Origin: an uncultured Verrucomicrobiae bacterium | Lineage (GTDB): Bacteria; Verrucomicrobiota; Verrucomicrobiia; Chthoniobacterales; JAATET01 | Reading direction: 5' to 3' | Assembly: GCA_963719495.1 (NCBI GenBank) | Contig: CAVRCI010000003.1 | Span: 128,001 to 192,000 of the forward strand | Length of the DNA: 64,000 nt | Translations under genes and position numbers: made by a program | In this document: positions 49,214 through 58,401 of the stretch, piece by piece | Position numbering within the stretch: the stretch's first letter is position 1 | How the letters are laid out: the number at the start of each line of letters is the position of its first letter | The notes under the pieces: generated by a model | The model's database searches: none | Seen by the model: the letters and a program-made list of their open reading frames with translations, nothing else | What the model was told of the DNA's origin: nothing

Positions 49214-50617
49214 ATGAAAACGATCCTCGCTATTCTCCTCCCCTTGGTCCTCGTCGCCTCCTCCGCCCGAGCGCAGGTCATTTTCGCCGCGCCCGCCAAC
49301 GGCGGCATCGGACTCTTCCAGCAGGAAAACGGGGCCGTCACCCCTCTCGATACCGGTTTTTCCGAGCACAATTTCCCATCCGTCTCGGGCAACAGCCAGT
49401 TCGTCGTCTTCTCCAGCCCCGACCCCGTCACACCTGCGCTCCAAGTCCCCCCCAGCTCCGACGTCTACGCCTTCGACCGCACCACCGGTCGGACCCGCCG
49501 GATCATCGACACGAACACGACGGTCGTCTCCCCCGGCGAAGTGCAGGTCTTTCGCCCCGTCTCCGCGGCCTTCTCGCCCGATAACACCATTCTCGCTTAC
49601 GGGTTGGAACTCAGCCGCCGCTCGGGGAACAGCCCCAACGGCGCTGGTCGGGTTCTCATCGTGGCGTCAGCAGCGACCGGCGCGCAGATCAATTCCCCCA
49701 CCGACGCCCGCGGCGGGGCCGTGTCCGACGATCTCCGCCTCGAATTCGTCGGTCTTTCCTGGGCCGCCAGCGGGACCTCCTTCGTGACGCCGGTCTACGT
49801 CAATGCCGTCACCCAATCCGGGAACCCCACCCAACTGCCCGCCATTGTCCGCTGCACCCGCAATCCCGCCGACGGCCTCTGGTCCTTCACCGATATTCTT
49901 TCCACTCCCTTTTACAACGACGGCCAATTCCCGCCCTCAGCCTCCCTCCAGATCTACCCCGCCCTCTCACCCTCCGGAGCCGGCCTCGCCTACTTCGACC
50001 TTTTCTTCCCGGACGTCCTCGGCGGCAGCCAGCCCGCCACCGCCCGACTCATCGTCGCCAACTCGAACGGCGCCAACGCCTCGATCGTCCGGACCTTTCC
50101 CGCCGGACAATTCCCCGCCGGCCTCACCTGGTCGCGCGACGGCCTCCGCCTCACCTACTCCATCGCCGACCAAGTCCGAAGCGGGACCGGCTTCTTCGCC
50201 CAAGCCGATCCCTCGACGGCCGTCATCCAGGAGATCCCCACCAACGGCGGAACCGCCACGTCGGTCGCCGGCGTCGGTGCCGGCCTCTTCCCCTCCTCCC
50301 CCGTCGTCCCACTTCTCCCCCTCTTCGTTCCCGACACCCGTCGCCCAGCCCTCTCCATCCGCGGACGGAAAACCATCGAGACCCTCCGCAAACGCGTCGT
50401 CATCCGCGGCACCGCCCGCGACGCCTCCGGCATCGCCGACATCGATGTGAAAGCCCGGGGGGCCAAGGCTACGAAGGTCAAAATCCTCAGCCGCAACCGA
50501 TTCAAGATCGTCCTCAAGGTCAACCGCGACAGTGGGCGCGTCATCGTGAAACTCCGCGCCGTCGACAGCGCCGGGAATCGCTCGAAGCCGGCAAAACTCC
50601 GGATCCTCCGGCGTTAA
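49214..50617 (+). CDS. Secreted protein, probable TolB-like beta-propeller plus basic C-terminal Ig-like domain
   Basis: Signal peptide ending ARA-Q; FSPD, LSPSG, WSRDG repeats; K/R-rich last 95 aa starting PDTRRP. Confidence 0.75.
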   Translation: MKTILAILLPLVLVASSARAQVIFAAPANGGIGLFQQENGAVTPLDTGFSEHNFPSVSGNSQFVVFSSPDPVTPALQVPPSSDVYAFDRTTGRTRRIIDTNTTVVSPGEVQVFRPVSAAFSPDNTILAYGLELSRRSGNSPNGAGRVLIVASAATGAQINSPTDARGGAVSDDLRLEFVGLSWAASGTSFVTPVYVNAVTQSGNPTQLPAIVRCTRNPADGLWSFTDILSTPFYNDGQFPPSASLQIYPALSPSGAGLAYFDLFFPDVLGGSQPATARLIVANSNGANASIVRTFPAGQFPAGLTWSRDGLRLTYSIADQVRSGTGFFAQADPSTAVIQEIPTNGGTATSVAGVGAGLFPSSPVVPLLPLFVPDTRRPALSIRGRKTIETLRKRVVIRGTARDASGIADIDVKARGAKATKVKILSRNRFKIVLKVNRDSGRVIVKLRAVDSAGNRSKPAKLRILRR

Positions 50618-51336
50618 TCGCGTCGGTCCGCGATCCGACGCGGGTGCTCCCGCGCCTGCGCCATCCGGAACCCCACGATCTGCGCCACCACCACGGCGAT
50701 GTAAAACTGCCCAAAAGTCGCCTCGAACCACGCGAAAGTCGCCGCCACGTGGCTCACCGGCGTCACGTCCCCGTAGCCCAACGTCGTCAGCGTCACGAAG
50801 CTGAAATAATTGAACAATGCCTGCCGTGCGTGCCGACTCCCCAGGTCCACCGCCATTTCCGTGTTGATCGAAAACGACCCCGGATTCCACAGATCACAAG
50901 CCTGATACAGACTCGACCACGCCAATCCCAGCAGGACGTAACTGCACAGCGCCCCGATCACGTCATCCGCCCGCACCGCCCGCCGCTCCACGATGCTGTG
51001 CAGGATCACCCCCGCCGCGTAACCGTAGAAGACGAGCGTGCTCACGTGGTAGATCAACTCGAACGGCAACTCCTCGACCGCATCGAACCAAACCGACCGC
51101 ACGACCACCGCCACGAATCCCGGAACCAGCAACCCAATCGAAATCAACCGCTCCCGCCGCGTGTCGAAGACAAACAACAACACCGCCAGCGCGATCAAAG
51201 TAGCCAGCGCGTCGTAAGCAGCCCACCCCGCCCGCACCTCGTGGGCAATCGGCTGCACCAGCATCGCCCCAATCAAAGTAGCCAGCAAAGCGACGTGCCG
51301 CTTCGGCCATCCGTAAATCCGCCGCAACAACCCCAT
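50614..51336 (-). CDS. Potassium channel family protein (Ion_trans_2)
   Basis: YFSFVTLTTLGYGD selectivity filter. Confidence 0.88.
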   Translation of the reverse strand: MGLLRRIYGWPKRHVALLATLIGAMLVQPIAHEVRAGWAAYDALATLIALAVLLFVFDTRRERLISIGLLVPGFVAVVVRSVWFDAVEELPFELIYHVSTLVFYGYAAGVILHSIVERRAVRADDVIGALCSYVLLGLAWSSLYQACDLWNPGSFSINTEMAVDLGSRHARQALFNYFSFVTLTTLGYGDVTPVSHVAATFAWFEATFGQFYIAVVVAQIVGFRMAQAREHPRRIADRRD

Positions 51337-51387
51337 CAGATCACCCCATCACATCCGTGTTCATCCTCACCCATCCGTGGTCCGTAT

Positions 51388-52776
51388 TCAGTCAACGACC
51401 CGCACCTCCACATCCCCATCCGCAAACCGAGTCACCAGCCGCTCGCCACCCGTCACCTCGGCCCGCCGCCGCACCACCCGCCCATCCGCGTCCAACGTCA
51501 TCGTGAACCCGCGCTCCAGCGTCGCCCGTGGACTCAACACCGCCAGCAGACCCCGCGCCGTTTCCACCCGCCGCCGCTCGTCCCCGACCCGCCGCTCGGC
51601 CAGCTCCCGCACACGCTTCCCGACCTCCACCAGCCGTCCCCTCGCCACCGCCAGCGCCACGTCCGGTCGCCGCGCCCTCAGGATTGCCTCGGCGTGCCCC
51701 ACCCGCTCTTTCCGCCACCGCAATCCACCCTCCACCGTCGCCCGCAGCGCCTCGCCCAGCCCATCCACGCTCTGCCGCCGCTCCCGCAGCACCCGCTCCG
51801 GCACCCGATACAACCCGGCCCGCACCAGCCCATCCAACCGCGACCGCGCGAACCGCACCGCCTCCCCCAGCTCCCGCCGCAACCGCCCCGCCAGCACCTC
51901 CACCGTCCGCCGCAACTCCGCCCCGTCCGGCACGATCAACTCCGCCGCCGCGCTCGGCGTCGGCGCCCGCAAATCCGCCACGAAATCCGCGATCGAAAAA
52001 TCCACTTCGTGCCCCACCGCGCTCACCACCGGCACCGCCGACTCCGCGATCGCCCGCGCCACCACCTCCTCGTTGAACTCCCACAAATCCTCCAGACTCC
52101 CCCCTCCCCGCGTCACCACCACCACGTCCACCTCCGGCAGCAACCCCTCGATCGAAAAATCCCGCACCGCCGCCGCGATCTCCGCCGCCGCCCCCCGGCC
52201 CTGCACCCGCACCGGATGCACCAGCACCTCCACCCCCGGCATCCGCCGCGTCAGCACGTTCAGAAAATCCCGCACCGCCGCCCCCGTCGGCGACGTCACC
52301 ACCCCGATCCGCCTCGGAAACGCCGGCAAATCCCGCTTCCGCTCCGCATCGAACATCCCCTCGTCCGCCAACCTCGCCTTCAACGCCTCGAACTTCGCCT
52401 GCAACTCCCCCACCCCCGCCGCCCGCACCCGCCGCACGATCAGTTGATACTGACCCCGAGCCTCGTAAACCGTCAGCTCGCCGAAGACCTGCACCGCCTC
52501 CCCATCCCCCAACTTCCCAATCCGCCGGCTCGCTCCCGCGAACAACACGCACGACAGCTGACTCCCCGCATCCTTCAACGTGAAATACTGGTGCCCGGAC
52601 GACTGCTTGCGGTGATTCGACACCTCCCCCTCGACCCAAACCTCCCCGATCTCGCCTTCCAGCACCTCCCGCACCGCGCGCGTCAGTTCCCCTACGCCAA
52701 AAACCCGCGGCTCTTCCGGCTCAGCCACCACGTCCACCTTCTTGGGAGCGTCCCCAAAACTCATATCAAGCTGCAT
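51388..52776 (-). CDS. xseA: Exodeoxyribonuclease VII large subunit
   Basis: SGHQYFTLKD, VTSPTGAA, RGGGSLEDLW, SAVGHEVD, APTPSAAAE. Confidence 0.96.
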   Translation of the reverse strand: MQLDMSFGDAPKKVDVVAEPEEPRVFGVGELTRAVREVLEGEIGEVWVEGEVSNHRKQSSGHQYFTLKDAGSQLSCVLFAGASRRIGKLGDGEAVQVFGELTVYEARGQYQLIVRRVRAAGVGELQAKFEALKARLADEGMFDAERKRDLPAFPRRIGVVTSPTGAAVRDFLNVLTRRMPGVEVLVHPVRVQGRGAAAEIAAAVRDFSIEGLLPEVDVVVVTRGGGSLEDLWEFNEEVVARAIAESAVPVVSAVGHEVDFSIADFVADLRAPTPSAAAELIVPDGAELRRTVEVLAGRLRRELGEAVRFARSRLDGLVRAGLYRVPERVLRERRQSVDGLGEALRATVEGGLRWRKERVGHAEAILRARRPDVALAVARGRLVEVGKRVRELAERRVGDERRRVETARGLLAVLSPRATLERGFTMTLDADGRVVRRRAEVTGGERLVTRFADGDVEVRVVD

Positions 52777-52779
52777 CCC

Positions 52780-53613
52780 TCAATCCTCCCCCTCACGCCC
52801 TCCCGACGTCTCCCCCTCTTCATCGTCATCCCCATCCTCCTCGATCGACCGCCGCCACGCCTTCCCCACGAACGGCCGCACGAAGCCGTAAATCAGATAA
52901 AGCACGAACAGGATCGCCGGCATCCATTCGTAGTTCATCGCGCTGAAAACCAGCACCACGATCAAAATCAAAAACGCCGGAATCGACCGCTGCGTCCGCC
53001 AATTGATCGACTTGAAACTCGGATACCGCACTCCGCTGAACATCAACACCGACAAAAAAACCATCAGCGGCGGCAGCAGAAACTTCCAGTTTCCGATCTC
53101 CCGCTGCCCATCCTCCATCCACAGCATGAACAGCGTCAGCGACGCGATCACCCCCGCCGCCGCCGGAATCGGAAACCCCCGAAATTCCTTGTTCGCCTCC
53201 TGCGAATTTACCGCCGCCACGCAATTGAACCGAGCCAGCCGCAACGTCCCGCACAGCAGATAAAAGAACGCGATCACCCAACCCGTCCGCGTGAACTCCT
53301 GCAGCACGATGTCGAAGACCAGCAGCGCCGGAGCCACGCCGAACGACACCACGTCCGCCAGCGAGTCGAATTCCCGCCCAAACGGACTCTCGTTCCCCCC
53401 CAATCGAGCCACCCGCCCGTCCAAAAGATCGAACACGCACGCCCCCAGAATGAACGCAATCGCCTCGTGATACTTCCCACTGGCCAGCGCCTCGCCATTG
53501 CTCAGCAACGTCCCCTCGATAATCCGCAACACCGCCGCAAACCCGCAGAACAGATTCCCCGCCGTCATCAAATTCGGCAGCAGATAAATCTTCGGCTCGT
53601 TCGGATCCCGCAT
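52780..53613 (-). CDS. pssA: CDP-diacylglycerol--serine O-phosphatidyltransferase
   Basis: PNLMTAGN, DLLDGRVAR, FDSLADVVSFGVAP, LRLARFN. Confidence 0.93.
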   Translation of the reverse strand: MRDPNEPKIYLLPNLMTAGNLFCGFAAVLRIIEGTLLSNGEALASGKYHEAIAFILGACVFDLLDGRVARLGGNESPFGREFDSLADVVSFGVAPALLVFDIVLQEFTRTGWVIAFFYLLCGTLRLARFNCVAAVNSQEANKEFRGFPIPAAAGVIASLTLFMLWMEDGQREIGNWKFLLPPLMVFLSVLMFSGVRYPSFKSINWRTQRSIPAFLILIVVLVFSAMNYEWMPAILFVLYLIYGFVRPFVGKAWRRSIEEDGDDDEEGETSGGREGED

Positions 53614-53868
53614 CGCCAAAGAAAATCACACCCCACCAAAACTGTGGAGCAACAAAACCAAAGCGCCGCAGCCGCCATCGTCCCAACCTGTCATGCCGAG
53701 GACCACGAACGCGCAACCAAGTCAAGAAGGCGCGGATGACAAGGCGGCGCCAGCCGACCCCATCGGGAATTCGGAGGGAGAGGCTCTGCCGAGCCGCGGC
53801 CTTCTCGTTAAATTCCGCATCCCAGATAACGTCATAGTCAGCAAAACGTCCCAACGCCAACCGCCCCA

Positions 53869-53906
53869 CTGCAAAACTCCGATGCGGCCGCATCGGAGTT
53901 TTGCAG
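53869..53906. repeat. Perfect 38-bp palindrome
   Basis: CTGCAAAACTCCGATGCGG|CCGCATCGGAGTTTTGCAG. Confidence 0.95.
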
Positions 53907-54012
53907 CCAAGGGTCCACTCGGGACGCCTCGACCCTTTCTGTCGATCCACTCCCTAGATCCACCACAAGCCACTCGCCACCCATCCCGCCATCCGCTTTG
54001 ATCCACCGGACC

Positions 54013-55575
54013 GTGACACCGTATTTCATCACCACCGCCATCGACTACACCAACGGCGCGCCCCACATCGGCCACGCCTACGAAAAAGTCCTCGCCGACG
54101 CCCTCGCCCGCTACCAGCGCAGCCTCGGTCACGAAGTCTTCTTCCTCACCGGCGTCGACCAGCACGGTCAGAAGGTCCAGCAATCCGCCGAGAAGCTCGG
54201 CGTCGCCCCCGCCACCTTCGTTGCCGACCTCACCGCAAAGTTCCAATCTCTCTGGACCCAGCTCGGCATCAGCAACGACGCCTGGGCCGCCACCACCGAT
54301 CCCCTCCACGTCCGCTGCGTCCAAGGCATCCTCCAGCGCCTTTTCGACGAAGACCAAATCTACAAATCCACCCAGACCGGCCTCTACAGCGTCCGGCAGG
54401 AACAATTCGTCACCGACAAGGAGCGCGGCCCCGATGGCAACTTCGGACCCGAATGGGGCGAAATCACCGAGATCGACGAAGAGAACTACTACTTCAAACT
54501 CGAACGCCACCGCGACTGGCTCCTCGCCTTCCTCGACGCCCATCCCTCCCACGTCACCCCGGCCTTCCGCCTCACCGAACTCCGCAACGCCGTCGAAAAG
54601 CTCACCGGCGACCTCTGCATCTCCCGCCCGAAGACCCGCCTCCAGTGGGGCATCGAACTCCCCTTCGACGCCGACTTCGTCACCTACGTCTGGTTCGACG
54701 CCCTCATCAACTACATCTCCTTCGCGGGCTACGAGGCCACCAATAACCAACCACCAACAACCAACAACACCTTCACCCCCCCCACCCTTCACGTCATCGG
54801 CAAAGACATCCTCATCCCCGCCCACGGTGTCTACTGGCCCATCATGCTCCACGCCATCGGGTTCGCCGACGCCGACATCCCGCCCCTCCTCGTCCACGGC
54901 TGGTGGAACATCGCCGGCGCGAAAATGAGCAAGAGCCTCGGCAACGTCGTCGATCCCGTCGAACTCGTCGAAAAATACGGCCCCGATACCATCCGCTACT
55001 ACCTCCTCGCCGACATCGTCACCGGCCGCGACGCCGACTTCAACCTCGACCGCCTCGAAGACCGCTACAACGCCGATCTCGCCAACGGCATCGGCAACCT
55101 CCTCAATCGCACGCTGAACATGGCACACCGATACCGCGGCGGAACGTTAAGAAACGTCCGAACAAACGTAGCTAATCTCGGCCTTCTCCGCGATATCGCC
55201 AAGTCGACCGTCAAGAATGTTACTGATATGTTCAAACAAGCCCAGATCTCGCGAGGGCTTGATGAAATCGCTTTGCTAGCGTCTCAGTGCGATTTGTGCA
55301 TTGAAGCCGAAAAACCGTGGGCGAAAGCTAAGCACCAAGACCTGACCAACGCGGAAGATCTCGACGCTATCCTCTACCATCTTGCGGAAACCCTGCGCAT
55401 CCTCGCCATCCTCCTCACCCCCATCGTCCCCACCGCCGCCGAGAAAATCGCCGCCCAACTCGCCATCGACCCCGCCAACCTCACCTTCGCCCACACCCCC
55501 TGGGGAGGTCTACCCGACGGTCACACCCTCGGCACCCCAACCCCAGTATTTCCGCGCATCGAGAAATCCTGTTAA
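54013..55575 (+). CDS. metG: Methionine--tRNA ligase (short form)
   Basis: HIGH, YVWFDAL, IGKDI, KMSKS; GTG start inferred. Confidence 0.96.
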   Translation: MTPYFITTAIDYTNGAPHIGHAYEKVLADALARYQRSLGHEVFFLTGVDQHGQKVQQSAEKLGVAPATFVADLTAKFQSLWTQLGISNDAWAATTDPLHVRCVQGILQRLFDEDQIYKSTQTGLYSVRQEQFVTDKERGPDGNFGPEWGEITEIDEENYYFKLERHRDWLLAFLDAHPSHVTPAFRLTELRNAVEKLTGDLCISRPKTRLQWGIELPFDADFVTYVWFDALINYISFAGYEATNNQPPTTNNTFTPPTLHVIGKDILIPAHGVYWPIMLHAIGFADADIPPLLVHGWWNIAGAKMSKSLGNVVDPVELVEKYGPDTIRYYLLADIVTGRDADFNLDRLEDRYNADLANGIGNLLNRTLNMAHRYRGGTLRNVRTNVANLGLLRDIAKSTVKNVTDMFKQAQISRGLDEIALLASQCDLCIEAEKPWAKAKHQDLTNAEDLDAILYHLAETLRILAILLTPIVPTAAEKIAAQLAIDPANLTFAHTPWGGLPDGHTLGTPTPVFPRIEKSC

Positions 55576-55576
55576 T

Positions 55577-55666
55577 TGACTCGCTCGCTCCCGCTCGTCT
55601 CGCCCTTCGGGCTACACCGCAAAGCCAGTGTAGTCTGCCCCGCAGCTTCCCAGCCCCCGGTGCTCA
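55577..55666. repeat. 90-bp structured intergenic repeat, copy 2
   Basis: 82/90 identical to 30769-30858. Confidence 0.9.
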
Positions 55667-55734
55667 GTCAATCCAGTTAATCCTGTCAATCAAGTTAATC
55701 CCGTTTAGTTGGCGATCAGCTCCGTTCCACCCCA

Positions 55735-56712
55735 GTGCCCACCGATCTCGCCACCCTCCCGTTCCTCAAGCGCACCCGCTACCGTGCCGAGCACGCCGCC
55801 CTCCGCGCAGCCGCCGACCTCATCCCCCTCCTCCCCTACGAGGCCCTCGAGCCCCTCGCCAACACCGTCGGTGCCGCCGCCTACCAGCTCGACACCCGCG
55901 GTCGCACCACCGCCCACGCCAACCTCGCCGCCGTCTTCCCGGAAAAGCCCGCCGACGACCGTGCCCGCATCGCCCGCGCCAGCTACCAGAGCTTCGCCCG
56001 CGCCATGCTCTGCCTCTTCTGGTCCCCTAATCTCACCCCGGAAAACATCAACCACTACATCGGCATCGAAGGCCTCCACGACCACCCCATCCATTTGGAT
56101 CAAACGAGGCCCGGCATCTACTACACCTTCCATTTCTCGAATTTCGAGTGGTTCGGCCACGCCAGCGCCCACGCCGTCACCCCCGGCCTCATCGTCACCC
56201 AGCAATTCAAGAACCCCCTCCTCGGCCCCATCTTCGACGCCCTCCGGTCAAACTGCGGCCACACCGTCATCCCTCAGGCTCGCGCTCTCGTTCGCCTGCT
56301 CAAACACCTCAAAGCCGGCCATAAAACCGGAGCCGTCACCGACCTGTCCCTCGACCCCAAACACGGCGCGATCCCCATCAAATGCTTCGGCCTCTGGACA
56401 CCCGCCAGCCCGCTCCTCTCCGTCCTCTCCACCCGCACCGAAGCCCTCCCCGTCCCCTGCGAAGTCCGCCCCCACCCCGACGGCACCTTCCGAATGGTCT
56501 ACCACCCCCCCGTCGAGCTTCCGCCATCCGCCACGCCGCGGGAGATCACCCAAGCCTGCTGGGACGCCATGGAACCCGCCATCCGAGCCCGCCCCGAGTG
56601 CTGGCTCTGGGCCTACAAACAATGGCGCTTCCGACCGGAAGACACCGAGGGAAAGACCTACCCCACCTACAGCAACCCAGCCAAACGCTTCGAAAAACTC
56701 CTCAAAGAGTGA
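55735..56712 (+). CDS. Lipid A late acyltransferase (LpxL/HtrB family)
   Basis: NLAAVFPE, HFSNFE (HX4E), RPECWLWAYKQWR. Confidence 0.85.
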   Translation: MPTDLATLPFLKRTRYRAEHAALRAAADLIPLLPYEALEPLANTVGAAAYQLDTRGRTTAHANLAAVFPEKPADDRARIARASYQSFARAMLCLFWSPNLTPENINHYIGIEGLHDHPIHLDQTRPGIYYTFHFSNFEWFGHASAHAVTPGLIVTQQFKNPLLGPIFDALRSNCGHTVIPQARALVRLLKHLKAGHKTGAVTDLSLDPKHGAIPIKCFGLWTPASPLLSVLSTRTEALPVPCEVRPHPDGTFRMVYHPPVELPPSATPREITQACWDAMEPAIRARPECWLWAYKQWRFRPEDTEGKTYPTYSNPAKRFEKLLKE

Positions 56713-56855
56713 GGGGAACGCACGCGTCCCGCGTGCGAGAGGCACCGTCCCGGTGCCTCACCCGGTAATTCGAGCAAAGCGAGAGAGCCGAAGGCAATCA
56801 TCAAGGAGCGGGGGGTGGCCTTCGGCGGTCTCCGCTTCGCTCCGGCTGCCGACCC
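56713..56855. repeat. Cluster of REP-like elements
   Basis: 5393-family unit followed by a 12450-family unit. Confidence 0.7.
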
Positions 56856-56893
56856 AACCCAATCCGGCAAAGCCGAACACTTCCCTCACCAAG

Positions 56894-56923
56894 AAAAAGG
56901 CCCCGCTCACCAAGAGCGGGGCC
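56894..56923 (-). terminator. Intrinsic terminator after the desaturase gene
   Basis: Minus strand GGCCCCGCTC-TTGGT-GAGCGGGGCC-TTTTT. Confidence 0.8.
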
Positions 56924-56959
56924 CGCAAAAACCAGAGCGCAAACGAACCAGCCGAACCG

Positions 56960-58114
56960 TTAAGCCGGCAAAGCCACCGAAGAAAAGGCCATCCGCCGGG
57001 CCTCGCCCCACTCGCGCATCGCCTCACGCAGACTCTCCGTCGCGGCCGCCAGCTCACGCTTCAGCTCCGCCCGCCGCGCCCGCGAGATCTCCCCGTGCCG
57101 CTTCGCCGCCTCGCGCGACTCCGCCAGCAACGTCTCCCAGCTCTCGACCGCCGCGTGCATCCGCTCCTGCGTCCGCGTGATCATCGCCTGAACCGACTCG
57201 CAAATCGCGCCTTGATAGGTCTGCAAATGCTCGTCGAGGTGCCGCTGCTGCTCCAAGATCTGAGCCTTCACGATCCGCTCCTCCGCAACCCGCCGCAGAT
57301 TCGACACCAAGCCTAGCTTGTGCAGCGTCCAGATCGTCCATTTCGTCGGATCGAATTGCCACGGCTTTACCCCGTTGCGGTAATCATACTGAAACTCGTG
57401 GTGGTAATTGTGATACCCCTCGCCAAACGTGAACAGCGCCATCAAGAAGCTGTCCCGGGCCGAGATCTTCGACGAATAAGGCCGGTCTCCGATCCAGTGA
57501 CACAGCGAATTGATGCAAAACGTCATGTGGTGCACGAAGACCACGCGAGCCACACCAGCGAGCAAAAACCCGCCCAGAGCCGCCGTTCCACCACCGTAAA
57601 GGTAACCAATGAACGCCGGCAGCGCGAAGCCCATCCCGACGCCAATCAGCGCGTAGTAACGGTGCTGCCACCAAGCCAGCTTGTCCTTTTCCAGATCCCG
57701 CACCCACGTCAGCGGCGTGTCCGGCCCACGACGAAAGAGCAGCCACCCGATGTGGGCGTGAAAAAAACCCTTCGAGATATCGTAGGGATCCTCGTCGTGA
57801 TCGACGTGTTTGTGGTGCTTGCGGTGATCCGCGCACCACCCGAGCGCCGAACCCTCGAAGGCCGCCGCGCCGAAGAGAAGGGTGAAGAGCTTCACCGGCC
57901 ATTTGGCGGTAAAGGTCAGGTGCGAAAAGAGCCGGTGGTAACCCAGCGTGATGCTGAACCCGGAAGCCAGGAAGAAAAAAACGAACAAGGTCAGCTGGAA
58001 GGCATCCACGCCGTGATTCCAGATGTAAAGCGGCACGAACGTGCAGGTTGTGAGAAAGGTCCCGATGAGAAACGCGCTGTTGAGCCAGCGGACTTTATTC
58101 AGATAAAAATTCAT
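56960..58114 (-). CDS. Delta-9 fatty acid desaturase with C-terminal coiled-coil
   Basis: His boxes HRLFSH, HRKHH, HNYHH; GFFHAHIGW; DPTKW. Confidence 0.92.
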   Translation of the reverse strand: MNFYLNKVRWLNSAFLIGTFLTTCTFVPLYIWNHGVDAFQLTLFVFFFLASGFSITLGYHRLFSHLTFTAKWPVKLFTLLFGAAAFEGSALGWCADHRKHHKHVDHDEDPYDISKGFFHAHIGWLLFRRGPDTPLTWVRDLEKDKLAWWQHRYYALIGVGMGFALPAFIGYLYGGGTAALGGFLLAGVARVVFVHHMTFCINSLCHWIGDRPYSSKISARDSFLMALFTFGEGYHNYHHEFQYDYRNGVKPWQFDPTKWTIWTLHKLGLVSNLRRVAEERIVKAQILEQQRHLDEHLQTYQGAICESVQAMITRTQERMHAAVESWETLLAESREAAKRHGEISRARRAELKRELAAATESLREAMREWGEARRMAFSSVALPA

Positions 58115-58401
58115 AGATGGAAGGGTGCGGTTCGGAAGCCGGGAACACTGCTCCGCCCCCCGCCCCGTGTCAAACGACAAGACGGCGGGAAGGCGCCCGC
58201 AATCCGGCAAACCGAGCGAAGCGAGCGAGCCGCGGCTCCAGCAGTGGCGGCTTCCCTTTCACCAACCCAATCCGATCAGGCGCCAGCCGGACATTTCCCG
58301 AGAAGCACCCACCGCAAACCAACACCCCACCGCCGACACCGAGACGGCGGTTACGTTCCCCAAAGCCCTCGCAAAAAGGGTGCAGGACAAAAATCTTCAA
58401 A

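Noticed and set aside
50644..53739. 1031-aa plus-strand ORF and similar long Pro/Arg-rich ORFs (34160 5' part, 41937, 20393, 40672)
   Set aside because: Shadow frames of recognised genes, caused by high GC and skew
54370..54420. MetRS lacking zinc-knuckle cysteines (GLYSVRQEQF)
   Set aside because: Zinc-free knuckles are an established MetRS subtype
3844..56855. CRISPR array among the many repeats
   Set aside because: No regularly spaced 25-40 bp repeats with unique spacers and no cas genes
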